Assembly (NCBI RefSeq): GCF_016432865.1
Contig: NC_067404.1
Location: 23,002,001 to 23,066,000 of the forward strand
Source: Antechinus flavipes
Taxonomy: Eukaryota
Direction: 5' to 3'
DNA: 64,000 nt
The first letter of the stretch is position 1; each line of letters opens with the position of its first letter. Below, one piece after another: positions 49,331-63,196 of this stretch. A program made the translations under genes and the position numbers. The notes beneath the pieces are model-generated. The model had not been told where the DNA came from. It worked only from the letters and a program-made list of their open reading frames with translations, and ran no database searches.

Positions 49331-52300
49331 GGGGAGATAGAAACCTCCAGACAGGACACAGAGAATGTAGGGATGCACTTTCCGTTCCTTTCACTGACTG
49401 TCAGCTAATCTAGAGTAGGGCATGTTTGTACTGTGTCATTCACTTTATCCATCGGTGTCCGAGACCTTCCTAATTTAAATCTCGTCCTTTCCCAAATAGG
49501 GCCGGAGTCCTGTCAGATCCAAAGCTGGAGAGAAAACTTCCCATTTCCTTTTCTCTGTGGCACATTCTCTCCAGAAGATTGTTTCCAAATTAGTTTGACT
49601 GTGGGTTTTTTAATACCCTCTGCACTGTGAAGGTTTATGTAGAAGTAGTCTTCTGTTCTTTGACAGGAGAGCTCCCTTCATTTTGCCCCCAAAGCAGCTT
49701 CAGTGAGTTTTTGAAAGCAGTCTTTACTGGACAATGTTCTTTCTCCCCATCTCCTCACAGCCTGTACGGTGCTGGACAGCTCCCCCTCCCTACCCTGATT
49801 ATGGAGCTGTAATAGCTTTGCATCAGGTTGCCCTTTTCCATTAGATTGTCCCCCAGCCTTGGAGTGAACTCTGCTTTCCTGAGAGTTTCGTTTCGGTATG
49901 CAAGCTTGGGCTGGCCTTCCCACACACAGGCATGTTACAGCCTGCAGTCTTCCCACACTAAGAGGGCATTTTCAAAAAGTAGCACAGCTAGGAAGGATTT
50001 AGCTTTTTGTGGTGATGTGTTATTTGAGAAATCAATATCCCCAGAGACCTCTGGGAAAGAAGTTAGTTTTCTCTTTTGTATGGAGAGGCTAATAGTGAAT
50101 CTTCCCCTTCCCTCTCCCCTCTCCCCCCCATATAAAGTAACCTTGACTCAGGGTCCTGGGGAAAGGCAACCGGAACACCAGAATGGAAAGGTCAGAGACT
50201 TCAAGTTGCTAATCTTGCTAGAGTCTGGTGGCCTCCTGCCCAGGTCTCTCCCTACCCTGGCTTCTATTAACCAGCCGACCAACCAAGTAGTTCTTGGCAG
50301 CTAGATGGTACAATGAGTGGTTAGAACGCTGGGCCTGAGGAAACCTTATCAGGGAGTACCTACTTCATTTGAGAAATAGCCATGTGCCCATCTTAGAAGG
50401 CACTAAAAGAGTTTAAATACACTAAAATGATCCATGTGAGTGATTAGCGTCTGCCTTCCATTGTAGTTTCAAACCTTCATTGGTACCTTTTGAGTTCTAA
50501 CCTGATCTGTCATCTCAAACAAAAGGACCTGGAAATAAAAGACTTTGAATTAACCTGAGCTTAATTACATTTAATGAAGCTGGGCATGGAGATGGGCTTG
50601 GAATTTGTATCACTTGGAACCTGCGTGTGTGTCACATTTGAGGATTGTAGTTCTAACATGGAAGAGGCCTTGAAAGGGCCTGGGAAAGCGCTCCCTCAAA
50701 GGTCCACATTTTTACAGAGGAGGAAACCGTGGCCCACGGAAGTGCCCAGAGTGCCGCAGAGGGTAAGGTGTTGAGCCACGATCTAAAGCCAGCTCACTTT
50801 GTATGCTTCTGTTTGGGGCTAATGGTGGGATTGGCAAGATTTGAGAATGTACTTGGATCTCTTTGTTCTGACTTCTGGTAGGCAGGGATGATGTCTCACT
50901 TGTGTTTGTGTGTGTGTTAGCATGAGGAGAGATGCTCAATAGGCATGAAAGATGCAGACTACAATTGGGCATCATCAAGGAGTACATGTATCACCCTACC
51001 CCCATCCCCTCTGCATCCTGGCTCACTTGGCAAAGCCACGACTTGTCCTGGGGTATAGTGGAATGGGTACTGATTAAGGAGGCAGGGAACCTGGCTTCCT
51101 GCTCCACCTTGGCCACTTAATGTCTGGGTGACGTGGAGCTTGCCGCTTTGCGTCCTCAGGCCTTGCTTTCCCCCTCTGTAAAGTGACGAAGTTGGACTAG
51201 CCCAGATGCTGGTGAGGAGATTGGACTGCCATGGCCCTGCTGAGTGCTGCTGAGTTTCTCTGGGTAGGCCTTTCCAGCCCTGTTTCTGTTTCACTTTTTC
51301 CTTCTGCTGGAGAGGCAAAGGCACACCTGATCAGAGGGAATCAGTTAAAGCCAAGTCATTTCCCCTGTTTCCAGAGTTTCTACCCAAGCGCAAAGAAAAT
51401 GATTTTGTCTGACAGCAAACCTATCTGCTAATATAAGTTTCCTGGGCTGTCAAAACAGCAACACATGAATCCTGCCAGCCAAGCCAAAAGAAGCACTGAC
51501 CAAAATGTCGGGGGAGGAGAGGGGGTCAGAAAAGCCAGGTCTCGTGCTGCGTCTGACTTGCAAAATCTTAGTGTTAACCTGGGAATTGATCAGGATTTTC
51601 CGGTCCCTCCCCTCATCCCAAACCAGAATGACCACTGGAACAGTGTAAATACAAAGATCTCGAGCAGCGCAGTGTCCCAAACGGTGCTCATTGGGCCTTC
51701 CTATTACCAAGCCACTCGCAGCTGGAAGCTGATGATTCTGTTCACACTGTAAATAACCTCCCAGCCCACTCCTAATTAAACTGAAGCTGCACTTTCTCCT
51801 GGGCATGGAATATATGAACCAATTAAGGAAATATCATTTCTTTCCTGAAAGGGCTGTGTGGTCCCTCCCCCCTCCCTTTTTTCTTAAACCAGAATTCCCA
51901 GCCAAGTGTTCTCATGTAGCCATAACGAGACGTTTCTGCTTTAAGCAAATTGTGCACCTGTAACCTGCAGAAATATAGCCGTAGCCCTTGAAAAATTACT
52001 TCAGCGTTGCACAGTGCCAGGAAAATTTATCTTTGAGATGATTTTATTGCATGGTTACCCTAGGCAATTAAATCAATAAATCTTAACTGTCAGAAAGGTT
52101 GGCCTCATGCCAGAAATAAATGAAATGCACAGAATCAGTAAATAAAAGGATCCTGACAACTCATTCCAGAAATTATTTAGCAGTTGGGGTTGTGAGGTTT
52201 CCTTTCCCCCTTGTGTCTGGCCTGTTCAGGGGCATTTATTGACAACCTTTCTGAGGAATGATTATACTAACAAACACAATAGATCTAATAAAAAAGAAAA

Positions 52301-52443
52301 AGAGTTTTCAGGGCAGTAAGTAAATCACCATCCTTGAAAAGGGCCTTCTCTTATTAGAGCAACTCATCTGCAGAAGTGAGTGGTGTGTGTATTTGTATGT
52401 TGGGGTATGAGGGGATCAATTCAGTCAGGACTGCTTCAGTTTT

Positions 52444-52570
52444 GTTCCATTGGTGGAATCCTTCTTGCAGTCCATTGGTTCCACTCTTCTCAAGGTCCAT
52501 TGGTTCAACTGTTCTTGGGGGTTCATTGGTTCAACTTTTCTCAAGGTCCATTGATTCAGCTCTTTTTAGG
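52444..52570. repeat. Degenerate 25-bp minisatellite (5 units) carrying CCAAT motifs
   Basis: attg(g/a) recurs at 52449, 52474, 52499, 52525, 52550; consensus about gtccattggttcaactyttctyrrg. Confidence 0.85.
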
Positions 52571-54535
52571 GGAGAGGCTGCGACTCTGAGGGTGTATACC
52601 TTGGTGATAATGGGGACTATCGAGGGATTCTGGCTAAGGTTTTAGGGGACCATAGATTTAAAACTGAAGGAGACTTTTGGGACTTTCCAGAGGAAGGAGT
52701 TGAAGCCCCAACAGGCAAAGAACTGAACTCCAATTATATAGTTTAGGAGTGACAGACTTGGGATTTGAATCCAGATGTTCTGATTCTAAATGGTTTTTTC
52801 CATCCCACGGCTTGAGTCCCCCACTGAAATTTTGGAGAAGAAACCCTTGACGCTAAGCCTTGTGAAGTTTTTCTGATGATTCAGCCAGTCAGAGTCACTC
52901 GGTTAATAAACATTTATCAAATACCTACTATGTGTCGGGAACTGTGCTAAGTGTAAAAAAAATGGCAGAATATAGTTCCTGCTTCAGTCTGACAGATTTA
53001 GGCAAACCATTGTTTGCTTGGTTCAGGCCAAAAGGAAATATCTTGAAATCTCAAAAGGCTGAAGTTTGTCCAATGCCCTGAGCCGAGCTCTGCCCTCAGT
53101 TCCTGAGATCCAAGTTGCAGGAATTCCTTGGGAAAACAAAGTTTTTCCTCTGTTCAAGGAGCTAATTAGGCATCCTCTTTAGATCTTGTTTTGTTCGTTG
53201 GTATTCAACAATTCCCTCTGGTCTGTTTTAAACAATAGAGAAACTATGGATTGGGAAATGAAAAGACAAGGTGAAAGGATACTTCTAGCCAGTAGATGCT
53301 TATTATATAATCTGTACGGCACCACCCAAGGAGTGCATGTGGAATTGAGGTAGTTGGAGGATCCAGGTTATTATCTGAGAAATTATAGGTAGAAAGGACC
53401 CTGGCCTGAGTCAAAAGGGCACTCCAATCATCAGAAAGATTGGAATCATGGCCTCAGGACCGTGTACCCTGAGAGGGCAGTTCAGACCATGTTCTTCCAG
53501 TTGCTTGCAGTTTAAATGTGAGTCTTTAACAAGACAACAATCACTTAGCTATTTAAAGTATATCTGGAGGGTGAAGATGTATAGCTTTACACACACACAC
53601 ACACACCCTTCTCCCCCCAACCAGTAATCTTGGATTTAGGGTTTATCTGGCTCTAGCAGATGCGGCCATGATCATGGGCTAAGTCCTGAGAGAATTCATC
53701 AGAGCTTTCTTAACTGGGTCATGATCAGGACCACACATAGCTAATAGGAACTGACCATTGATGGTTTCAGATGTATGGCTCCCAGTGTCTTGCCTGTGTG
53801 GAGATGGGCTAAGGAAGCCCAGCCACAAAGTACTGTCCCTGGCACCTAAGAGCCACATCGTGAAGGGCTCATGCTGTATCTAGATCAGGCACTAAGGATG
53901 CTGACGGAGCTCAGAAATTCTGGTGTTCTAGCCCAAGCTTTAACCTCTGGTCAGGTGGTACACTGGAGCCAGCTCTTCCCAGCTCACAAGAGCTGATTTT
54001 CAAATTCAGTGTGAGCTTTCTACCTTAGAAGTCAGCAAAAGCTTTTATTCTTTGGTCGATTGCCTACACCACGGGTATCAAACACGTGCCCTGGCAGACA
54101 CATTCCCTGGCCTTCCCGAACAGGGCCTGAACTGTATTAAAATGTAACCGGGAAATATTTAACAAAATGAGTAAAAGTACAATAAAGCAAAGATGATATG
54201 AATATGTCATTTGCTAAATCACTATCTAGCCTTCAGGGATAGCCTTGAGTCCCATTTCTATTTGAGTCTGATGCTCCTGCTCTAGACTTAAAGGAAGTAA
54301 TGGGACAGGATGCTAACAATGTGGACTAAAATACAAAGTGTATGCCACTTGTCTTTATTCCCTTCCCCCCCCCAAGCCAGTTGTTAAACATTTCCCAACA
54401 CTCTCCTGCCTAGAAGCTCCTTTTTCAGCTGCTGTCATTCTTTCCTGAACAGGGTTGGGTTCGGCAATAATCATGGGATTGGGAGTAGAGAGTGATTGAT
54501 GTAGAACTGGAAGGGACCTCAGCAATTATCTAGAC

Positions 54536-54729
54536 CAAAGCTTCTTAAGCTGTGGGTCGCAATCCCATATGGGGTCACGAATCTGAATGTGGGGCTCACC
54601 AGATTGTGATTTATTACCAGTAAATGTTTGATTTGTATAGCTATTTTATATAACCTATGTACCTGGGCTCAAGTAAAGAGTTCTGGGGGAAAGGGGGTCT
54701 TGAGTGAATAAAAAGTTGAAAATGTCCTG
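54536..54729 (-). mobile_element. hAT/Charlie-type MITE inserted in a MIR
   Basis: Termini caaagcttcttaagct...gtcctg; left flank atctagac fits the Charlie nTCTAGAn target preference (right flank acctagga). Confidence 0.7.
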
Positions 54730-57229
54730 ACCTAGGAGTGGCTCTTTCCTTTTACAGAAGAGGGAACTGTGGCTCAGAGAGGTTCTACAACCTGACCAGA
54801 GTCACACCTAGCTGCCGTTTGCTCCCAGGTCCCTGTTGCCATCCTCGGCCCAAAGACCCTGCATCCATAGCCTTATGAACAGCACTCTGAAGTCGCTTCT
54901 GGAGAAGGGAAACAAGTTTGTGAAGGTGGAAGAGGGAAACACTGAAGGCAGTGGTGAGGCAGGAGAAGCTCAGATGAGGGAGTGAAACTAAAAAGAAAGG
55001 GGCTCCCTGGAGGCAAGTCACTTGTTGTCCAAGAATGCTCTAATGGTTGCTCAGATCTAGAGAAAAAATACTCTTCTGTTTGTTTCTGCAATTGTTTTCC
55101 TCTTGGTGGACTCCATTTGGGATTTTCTTGGCAGAGGTCCTTAGAATACTTTGCTTTTTTTTTTCTTCAGTTCATTTTACAGATAAGGAAACTGAGATCA
55201 TCTGGGTGAAGTGACTTGTTCACGGTCACTTGGTGAGTAAGTGATTTGGATTCAAGTCTTCCTTACTCTAGGAAACACTTCGCTGCTTCTTGATGGCTGG
55301 ACCAAAAATCCCAGGGATCAAGAAATATGTGTCTTCTCAGTCAATCGTAGACATTTATTAGACATTATTAGACAAGGTAGACATTTATTAAGCACTGCTG
55401 TATGTGAGGCACTGTGTTAAGTACTGGGAATACAAAAAGGCAAAAGGCAGCCCTTGCCCTCAAATTGCTCACAGTCGGGTAGGGGAGACACTGTGCAAAT
55501 AAGTCAGTGCGATTCAACTCTAAAAAGAATTATTTATTAACAGAGGGAAGGCACTAATGATGAGAGGGATTGAGGAAGGCCTCCAAAAGAAGGTGAAAGT
55601 TTAGAAGCGCTTGAAGGAAGCCAGGAGCGGGAGAAAGGGAAGGAAAACATTGCAGGCAAGGGAGACAGGCAGTGTGCATGCCGGGAGTTTCTCTCCATCT
55701 TGGCAGCCTTTTGACAGCCACCTTGGCCTGTGCTGCCTGCTATGGCCTATGCCCAACCCGGTCTCCAGTGCTCACTCCTGGGGCCTCTCTTCTCACTATA
55801 TTCTTGTCTAAGTGTAGATGCCCCTTCCGAAGAGGCTTTCATTGCCCCTCTCTGTTGTTAATGCTCTCTCGGTCCCCGACAAGTAGTTGTATTTTACATC
55901 CCTGTTATTTTCTTCTGGAGCGTCCAAGTTCTTTGGGGGAAAGGACAATCGTTTCTGCTGTTGCCTTCTTGGGACTGGCCTAGCATACTATAATACCTGG
56001 CACGTGGCAGGTGCAGAATAACTCTTTGTAGAACTGAATGGAATGGCAGAAAACACGGGAAGACTCCAAGCAGGGAAAAGGGCCTTACTGCATCGGCCCA
56101 GTATCCTTCCCATCTCTGGGGGCCGCTTTGCCAGAATCCCGTCAAGAATAGAATGTGGCTTTTTCTGCGAGGACTTTGCAGCTCCATCCCTCTTGCCAGC
56201 TGCTTGACCTTTCCGGAAACTTGGTGTGGAAAGGACACGGTGTATTCATTATCCACAAATGCAAAGTAGAGGAGATGGCCTTGGGAGAGGCTCTGAGTTC
56301 AGCCACAAATGTCAGATGAAGATACAGCTAATTCAGAGACTGCATTGATTTTCCTGGCACAGAGATCCGCTTCTCTCCCCCACCCCCACCCCCACTATCA
56401 TTAAGCCTTCCACGGTTCTGTGTGCCTCCAGTGTCCATTAACTACCCCACTGCATAAAATAGAGTGGTGAGGGGAAAGGAGCCTCTATCATTCCTTTCTT
56501 GCCAGACCACAATAAGCCTTGAAGCAAGAGGGAGGAGGAACCATTTCTTGGGGTTTTCGGATAGAGCCCTGTGTCTGAGCTTCAGTGAACGCACATCTCT
56601 TTGGCTAATTCTTGCTGGCAAGTTCCCAGGGCAGTAATTCCCCATCCATGCATTGTGAGTACCAAGGTGGTTATTTTCCAATTAGTGGCTTTGAAGCATT
56701 GTTATTGAATTTTGGCTTGATCGATGGCAGGCACACAGTTTCTAATAACTGAGTGCAAATTTTCCAGTGACAGCAGCAAGATTTCAAAATAATAATCTGC
56801 ATTTCTTTAGTAACTTTCATCTGACTCATAGGTTTAACACATTTATTATGCTCCACTAAGCTAACCTGGATGAATAACCTGAGGAAGTAAATGGTGAATC
56901 TTCCCAGAAAGGCTTTGTTACCAGATTTCATTTGGATTCAATTCAATCTGATAGTGGTGAATTCAATACATACTGATTGTCTATTGTTTTATCAGGCATT
57001 GTATCCATTGTATCCTAAACCATGGCCTGGAGAAAGTACGAGGTTTAGATAAGACATAATTCCCACCCTAATGACTAGGGAGATAGAACACACACAAATA
57101 TGCAACAAATGCGGGATTCTATTGGCTAAGGACAGCAGAAAAGTCCAGAGTTCTTTGGGAAGCCCAATGAGGGAAAAGCATTTCAATCAGACAGGAAAAC
57201 TTCATAGAGAAGGTGACATGTATGCTATG

Positions 57230-58380
57230 TTGTAAGAGTTTGTAGGAATGGAATGGTTTCGGTCAAGTTTGTTTCCTCGTGTCTTTTTCAGGGCTAGGCT
57301 GGCTCACGAGTTATTCAGAATTCGGTACTTTCCCGCTTAGATTGTAATAGTCCTTTTTGGTTCCGCCTTCTTCACTCTGCATCCATTCACTCACATCTTC
57401 CCATGTTTCTCCCGGTTCCTTGTTACTTATTCCTTAGCTATGCAGTAACGTTCCGTTACTCTTGTGAACCCCAACTTGTACAGCTCTGGGACACCCACTC
57501 TTTCTGATTTTCTGCTACCACAGAATGCTCATGTGAACATTTTGATAATTAGTGAGACCTTTCTATCTTTGATCCCCCTTTGGGTATATATCCAGAAGTG
57601 TAATCTCTGTGGCAAAGGTCTTAATTACTTAATTACATAATGCTTAATGGTTTCCCAGAATGATTGTATGAATTCATAGTTCCATTAGTGTTATGCCACA
57701 GTTCTCTTTAACTGTCCTGACTCAGTTTCCCTGTACGAGTTTCCCTTGTCTCAGTTTCCTTAACTGTTCTGTCTCAATCTCTTTAGTTGTAAATCCCCCT
57801 CTGACCCAGTAAGACTGGGGACTATTTGTTCTAAGGTTATAAATTAGCAAGATAAACAAGAGAATAGACCTCCTGATTTACAACATCCCTCTAAAATATT
57901 CCAAGATATCTCATTGATATCTTTATTTCTTTGTAGTCAGACATCCTGTCTCTGGGTTCTTAGAATTTGTGGCCTCCCCCATCTGATACAAATTTTCCCT
58001 CACTTCTTACCCCTTCCTTTGTTTAGAGAAAAGATGTTTAAGAAGTTGGGGTTCCTCCATTCATGGATGGAGGCTGGCGGTTGGATGCTGGATGCTGGAT
58101 TCTTTGGGATGATAGTCTCCTCCAGCCCTGGGACCAACATGGATTCCTTGGTCCCAGTATATCCTTATCTCTGTCTGACTGGATAATTTGAGACGAGAGT
58201 CCTGTCCGGTCAATCTTACTCTCCCATTAATAAAATATTAAAAACTCTCTAATCTCTCTCCTGCCTCAGTTTCTCTGGCATTACATTAGCAGTATATTAG
58301 GGTACATCTCCTCCCACACTTGCTTCCATGTTGACTATTTTCTTTTTTTATTGACAACTTTGCCAGTCTTGGTGGCTGTC
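57230..58380 (-). mobile_element. Old L1 3' fragment interrupted by a solo LTR
   Basis: L1 antisense sequence aattcatagttccattag|cagtatattag is contiguous across the LTR. Confidence 0.7.
57689..58285 (+). mobile_element. Solo ERV LTR (597 bp, 4-bp TSD, likely ERV1 class)
   Basis: TG...CA termini (tgttatgcc...ggcattaca); TSD ttag at 57685-57688 and 58286-58289; aataaa near 58229. Confidence 0.9.
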
Positions 58381-58389
58381 ATCCAGGAC

Positions 58390-58620
58390 ATTTTGGGCAG
58401 TTAGGTGGTGCTGCAGTGGATAAAGTAAATTCTGAGTTCAGATCTGACTCCAGACACTTACTATGTGACCTTGGAAAAGTCACTTAACCCTGTTTGCCTC
58501 AGTTTCCTCATCTGTGAAATGAGGCTAGAGAAGAAGGAAATGGCAAACCACGCCAATATCTTTGCCAAGAAAACCCCAAATGGAGTCACAGAGAGTTAGA
58601 TGCGACTAAAAAACAAAAAT
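58390..58620 (+). mobile_element. CORE-SINE (MAR1-type)
   Basis: gggcagttaggtggtgctgcagtgga head, CORE, gaaggaaatggcaaaccac tail. Confidence 0.85.
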
Positions 58621-59721
58621 AAAAATCTTCAAGGCTTAGCTCAGCTGTCTCTTCTCTGTGCCACTCCCTCCGATACCCATCTTCAGCTGAATGTCCTCTC
58701 TCTTGCTGTTTCTCCCATAAGATTTTCCCAGAGGACTCTTATCTGAATCTCTCCTTTGTCCCGCATACATTTATGTTTTGTATCTTTGCTTCTCTCCTCC
58801 CCCCATTGGTATGGAATAAATTCCTCGACGACAGGAATGGGCTGAGTTTTTATGTTTGCATCTCTGACCACAGGGCCTTCTGTATACACAGGTTATGGAT
58901 TCTCGGACTTGGGAGGCAGGCTGACTTGCAGTGTAATTTCATCATAGACACTATCTGGGTACCCCTTAGCAAGTCACTCTCAATTAGCCTTAGTTTCCTC
59001 ATCCATAAAATGGGGTAATAATAACTAATACTTGACAGGGGTTTTCTCTCAAATGAAATAATGAATGTGCTTTTCAGACCTTCAAGTGCTATATAAATGC
59101 CAGCTTTTATTATTATCCTACAGGTTAATAGACCAGATTTGGAGGATAAATACAAGATCAAATTTACTGCCTTGTATTAATGTCTTTCATTCAATCTGCT
59201 TACCAACCTTCCCCTGTGCATTTGGGTGTGGCCATTTCAGTCCAGTAATTTTACTGCTCTCTCTTTTATATCTTCATCTCTGTTGATATTCGTCTTTAGT
59301 CATAATTGGGCTGGTAGGTTTTTGTGAGCAGTTTTTCCCTCTTCCGCCCTCTTTGCAGTTTGGCATATTCTCAATCAGATTTACAAGCCTTTGGGCAAAT
59401 ATATTTCTTACTAGCTCTCATTCATTTGATGCATTTCATCTCTGGCCAAGAGCCCATCATTCTTTTAACTGTTCCCGGTCCACTAAATCCCAATCCCATT
59501 TGTAAACACTCTTGTTAGTCAGCTATTTGTTCACTCCCTAAATATACCTTTCTGCTCAGAACTTCCTTCCTTCAGCTATCGCTATCAAGCGATGTTGAAA
59601 ACTAGCTGTTTCTTGTCTAGAACTTCATAATTGCCTTTTTGGAGATCAAGATACATTTCATGTACACTTACCTGTTACTTCAGGTAGGAACTCAAACTTA
59701 GCCCAGTCTTGTAGTTTGGGG

Positions 59722-59890
59722 CTTCTGAAACTTTTTCTACTCATGACCCCTTTTCACCGGAGAAATTTTCACATGACTCTGGCTACATAGGTATATGAAA
59801 TAGAGAACTGGCTGATAATCATAATTTCGCAACCCAAACAATGAGTTATGTGACCCCATCTGTGGTTGTGACCCACAGTTTGAGTTGAGT
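59722..59890 (+). mobile_element. hAT/Charlie-type MITE within L2-like sequence
   Basis: ggggcttctgaaactttttctactcatgacccc...gacccacagtttgag; same family as 398-566. Confidence 0.6.
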
Positions 59891-60887
59891 TGTGGCCCTC
59901 CTTAAAGTTCCCTTTAGCTCAGCTTTATTGTTCTTGTTGCTGACTCTTGTGATTGACCATGGGGCCAAATTGGTAAAGTTTGTTTGACAGCGGAAATGAA
60001 GATCACTCATTGGGAGTTCCTGAATGACATTTTTCTCAGTAGGAGGTTTTTTGGTCTTCCATGTAGGGAGGAGAATTGAAGACACAAGAAACAATTGAGA
60101 TTGTTGAAGAAAAGAGTGAGAGAAAAGGCCATGAAAGAAACCTTACCCCAAACTCGGGGCCCACTTTGTATGCCAAAGGCTAGGAAAAGGGGGCTTGCTC
60201 ATCCCTTGAAGGTGATTTTCCCTTTGCTACTGCTTCAGTTCTGGTTGAGGGACATCCTTGTCTTACCATCTTTGTCTTCTCAAAGTTTGCTACCTGAATG
60301 TCATGTAAGCATCTCAAACTCAACATGTCTTCGAGAGAACTTGGCATTCCCACCAAATCCTCTTCTTAACTTTTTACTTCCTGCTGAAGGAGTCACTAGC
60401 TTTTCAGTCACCCAGAGTCACCATTGTATTTTTAAAAGTTTTTTTAATGTTTTATTGTTGGTTTTCTTAAAAACAAAAAACAAAAAAAATTGTCATACCT
60501 TCCCAACAACTCTTTCAGTCTCACCCGATAGAATTCTCGTCATAAAATGCAGTTATGACAAAACGAGCACAAAGCATTTGTCCTGCCCAACAACAAATGA
60601 TGTATTGTATACCTATAATCATTTCACTTTTCTGCTTAATGTTAATTTCTCAGAATTGGTCACTACTTTGATGAGAGTTCTCAGAATGATAGATGGAGTT
60701 GTTTTGCGTTTGGGATCTCTAAGAGAAGACGGAGACCTTAGGATAATATTCTGAGAACACTAATGAGAAAGATTCTCACTCTTGCCTTCTCCCCTCCAGT
60801 TTAAAGCTTATTCTAGTCTGCTGACCCATTTCAGAGATGTAAGAGACCTCAATATGTGAAGTGTGGAACAAAATGCCCTGAGTGAAT

Positions 60888-61035
60888 ATATTTTTTTAAT
60901 TGTGGCATTTGGGGTTGTGACTTGCCCAGGGTCACGGAACTAGTAAGCATCTAGTGTCTGAGACCAAATTTGAACTCAGGGTCCTCCCTACATCAGGGCT
61001 GGTGCTCTATGCACTACGCCAACTAGCTGCTCCCT
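60888..61035 (-). mobile_element. Young tRNA-derived SINE with TSD
   Basis: TSD tgagtgaat at 60879-60887 and 61036-61044; T tail on the left. Confidence 0.85.
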
Positions 61036-62224
61036 TGAGTGAATGTTTACCTGTTATTGCATGTGTGTGTATGTGTGTGCCTGTGTACCATTGTGTCCCC
61101 AAAGTCTTAGTATAGTTTTAAGCTATCGAGGCTATAATAATTTATGGAGTAATGCTTTTCAGAGCCTCAATAACAAACCCACATATCTATGAGCATAACC
61201 CTAGTAAATTTGTAAAGGGCCATTCCCTTCTTTTCCCTAATTTCATCAATCCAATTCAGTGCTCAAAGATCCCAAGGCACAAGATTCAAAAGAGAGAAAA
61301 CAGATAATATCATGACTTTCTGCAACAGTTATTGTTCTGGAACTGCTGGAAAGTGAGGAATACTGATGGAATGTAACTGATCTACATCATGAGAAAGATT
61401 CTTTCTTTCAGAATGATCTTTACTTTCCAGAAAATGATAGCTGTGGAATGTTTTCTTTCCTGCCAAACTTTGCCTACTTCTCACATTAATTCTCCAGCTC
61501 TCTATGACATATAAAGAATATTTTTCAGTGAATCTCATTTGGATCTATAAGTGTTGTGTCGTGACTCCCCTTTCCCTTTATTGAGTATGAACATTTGTTG
61601 GCCACAAAATCATCACTCATTTAGAATTTAGAGAGGCATTTGCTATTAAAGGTAGGAAATAAAACGAGTAGTACGCGTAGAAAAATATTATCAATTTAAG
61701 AAAAAGTATATGCACCAGGAAAACAGCACCAATTTACTCCTTCCTTTGAGTTGCCCTAACTTAAAGAAATTCTACCCACTTTAAGGCTGGCTGGGGAGGA
61801 GGTCCTTCCCCAGCTCTGTGCTGGTCACTGGGCTGCTTCCTCTCTCTCAACAAGACATGTTGTGAAGCTGCCTCTTAAGGGCTACCTTTTGTTTACACTG
61901 AGAAGACTGGATTGCTGGATCAAGGTCAGGTTTCCCATGCTGCATCTCTTCCAGCTTAGAGTTTAGAATCAGAAAGCCTTGACCCAAAGAGCATTCTGCA
62001 ATGAGCAAAAATATTCATTAAAGATAGTGGTCTATAATTTTCTATTTCTGCTTTTTCTCTTTCTGGTATTGGTATCAGAGCCATATTTGTTTCAGAAGGA
62101 GTTTTTTTTTTTAATCCCTTTTATCTCTGTTTTTGCAAATAATGTATATACTATAAGAGGTTAGTTGATTTTTGAATATTGACTAGAATTTTCCTGTAAG
62201 TTTATCTGATCCCTGCAATTCCTC

Positions 62225-62386
62225 CCTCCTTCCCTTCCCCCCCTCCCACTTGCTGAGGCAATTGGGGTTTAGTGACTTGCTCAGGGCCACACAGCTAGGA
62301 ATTGTTAAATTTCTGAGGTCAGAGTTGAACTCAGGTCCTTCTGACTTCAGGGCTGGTGCTCTATCTACTGTGTTACCTAGCTGCCC
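62225..62386 (-). mobile_element. Young tRNA-derived SINE with TSD
   Basis: TSD caattcctc at 62216-62224 and 62387-62395; head rc ggggcagctaggtaacacagtagatagag. Confidence 0.85.
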
Positions 62387-63196
62387 CAATTCCTCTCTTT
62401 TAAGACTTAAAACTTTATCATTCATTCCATTTCTTTTTCTAAACTTTGAGAGGCTTAGATTTGCTACTTCTGATTTGTCAATTTTTTAAAAAAATTATCT
62501 ACTTCATTTTTAGTGTTGTAGGCATGTAATTAATAAGGTTTTTTTTTTTTTACCATTTTTTAATAGTTTCTCAGTTTTATTTTTTTATTTGGGTCATTTG
62601 ATTTTCCTCTTTTTCTTTCGGGGATGGGATGAACTGATTTATTAGTCTTTTTTGAAAGATGAGTTTTATCATTTTATTTTTAGTTTTGCTCTTTGCTTTT
62701 CAGAATTCCTATTGTGTTCCCTTGCAAGTCTATTTATTTCCTAATTATCCTCTTAACTTATCTTTTATTCCTCTTTTTTTTTTATCAATAAACATCTTTA
62801 GAGATTGCAGATTTTCCCATAGGGATTACTTTGACCACAGACTTGACGTTTTTGGTATATTGTCTCATTATTTTGAGATAGTTATCTCATGGGTTGAAGT
62901 AAAACTATGAATGAATGAAAATACTCATTTATAAAGATCATTCAAGATTTTTTGGAAGATACTGCAGCAGAAGTAATTCAAGTCTCTTAACTTTTTTGAA
63001 TTACATTGTCAAAGGCAAATATCAGGCTTTTCAAAGAATGAATTTTAACTGACTTCAAAATGCCACTTGAGACTCCTGTTAGAGAGGAGACTTGAATCAA
63101 GAGAAAACAGAATAAAAGGCAATATTATCAAGGCATTAATCTGAGATAGTGATTAAATGCAGAACAAAGATCAGGGAGAAGAAGGTTATTGGAGCA

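Noticed and set aside
52444-52570. CRISPR-like array
   Set aside because: Eukaryotic context, no unique spacers, no cas genes; it is a degenerate minisatellite.
60095-60754. 219-aa ORF
   Set aside because: Runs through L2-like and antisense L1 3'UTR fragments, with no coherent protein features.
62900-63196. Inverted 5' part of the YME1L1 retrocopy (twin priming)
   Set aside because: No YME1L1-like translation found on either strand; looks like unrelated old repeat sequence.
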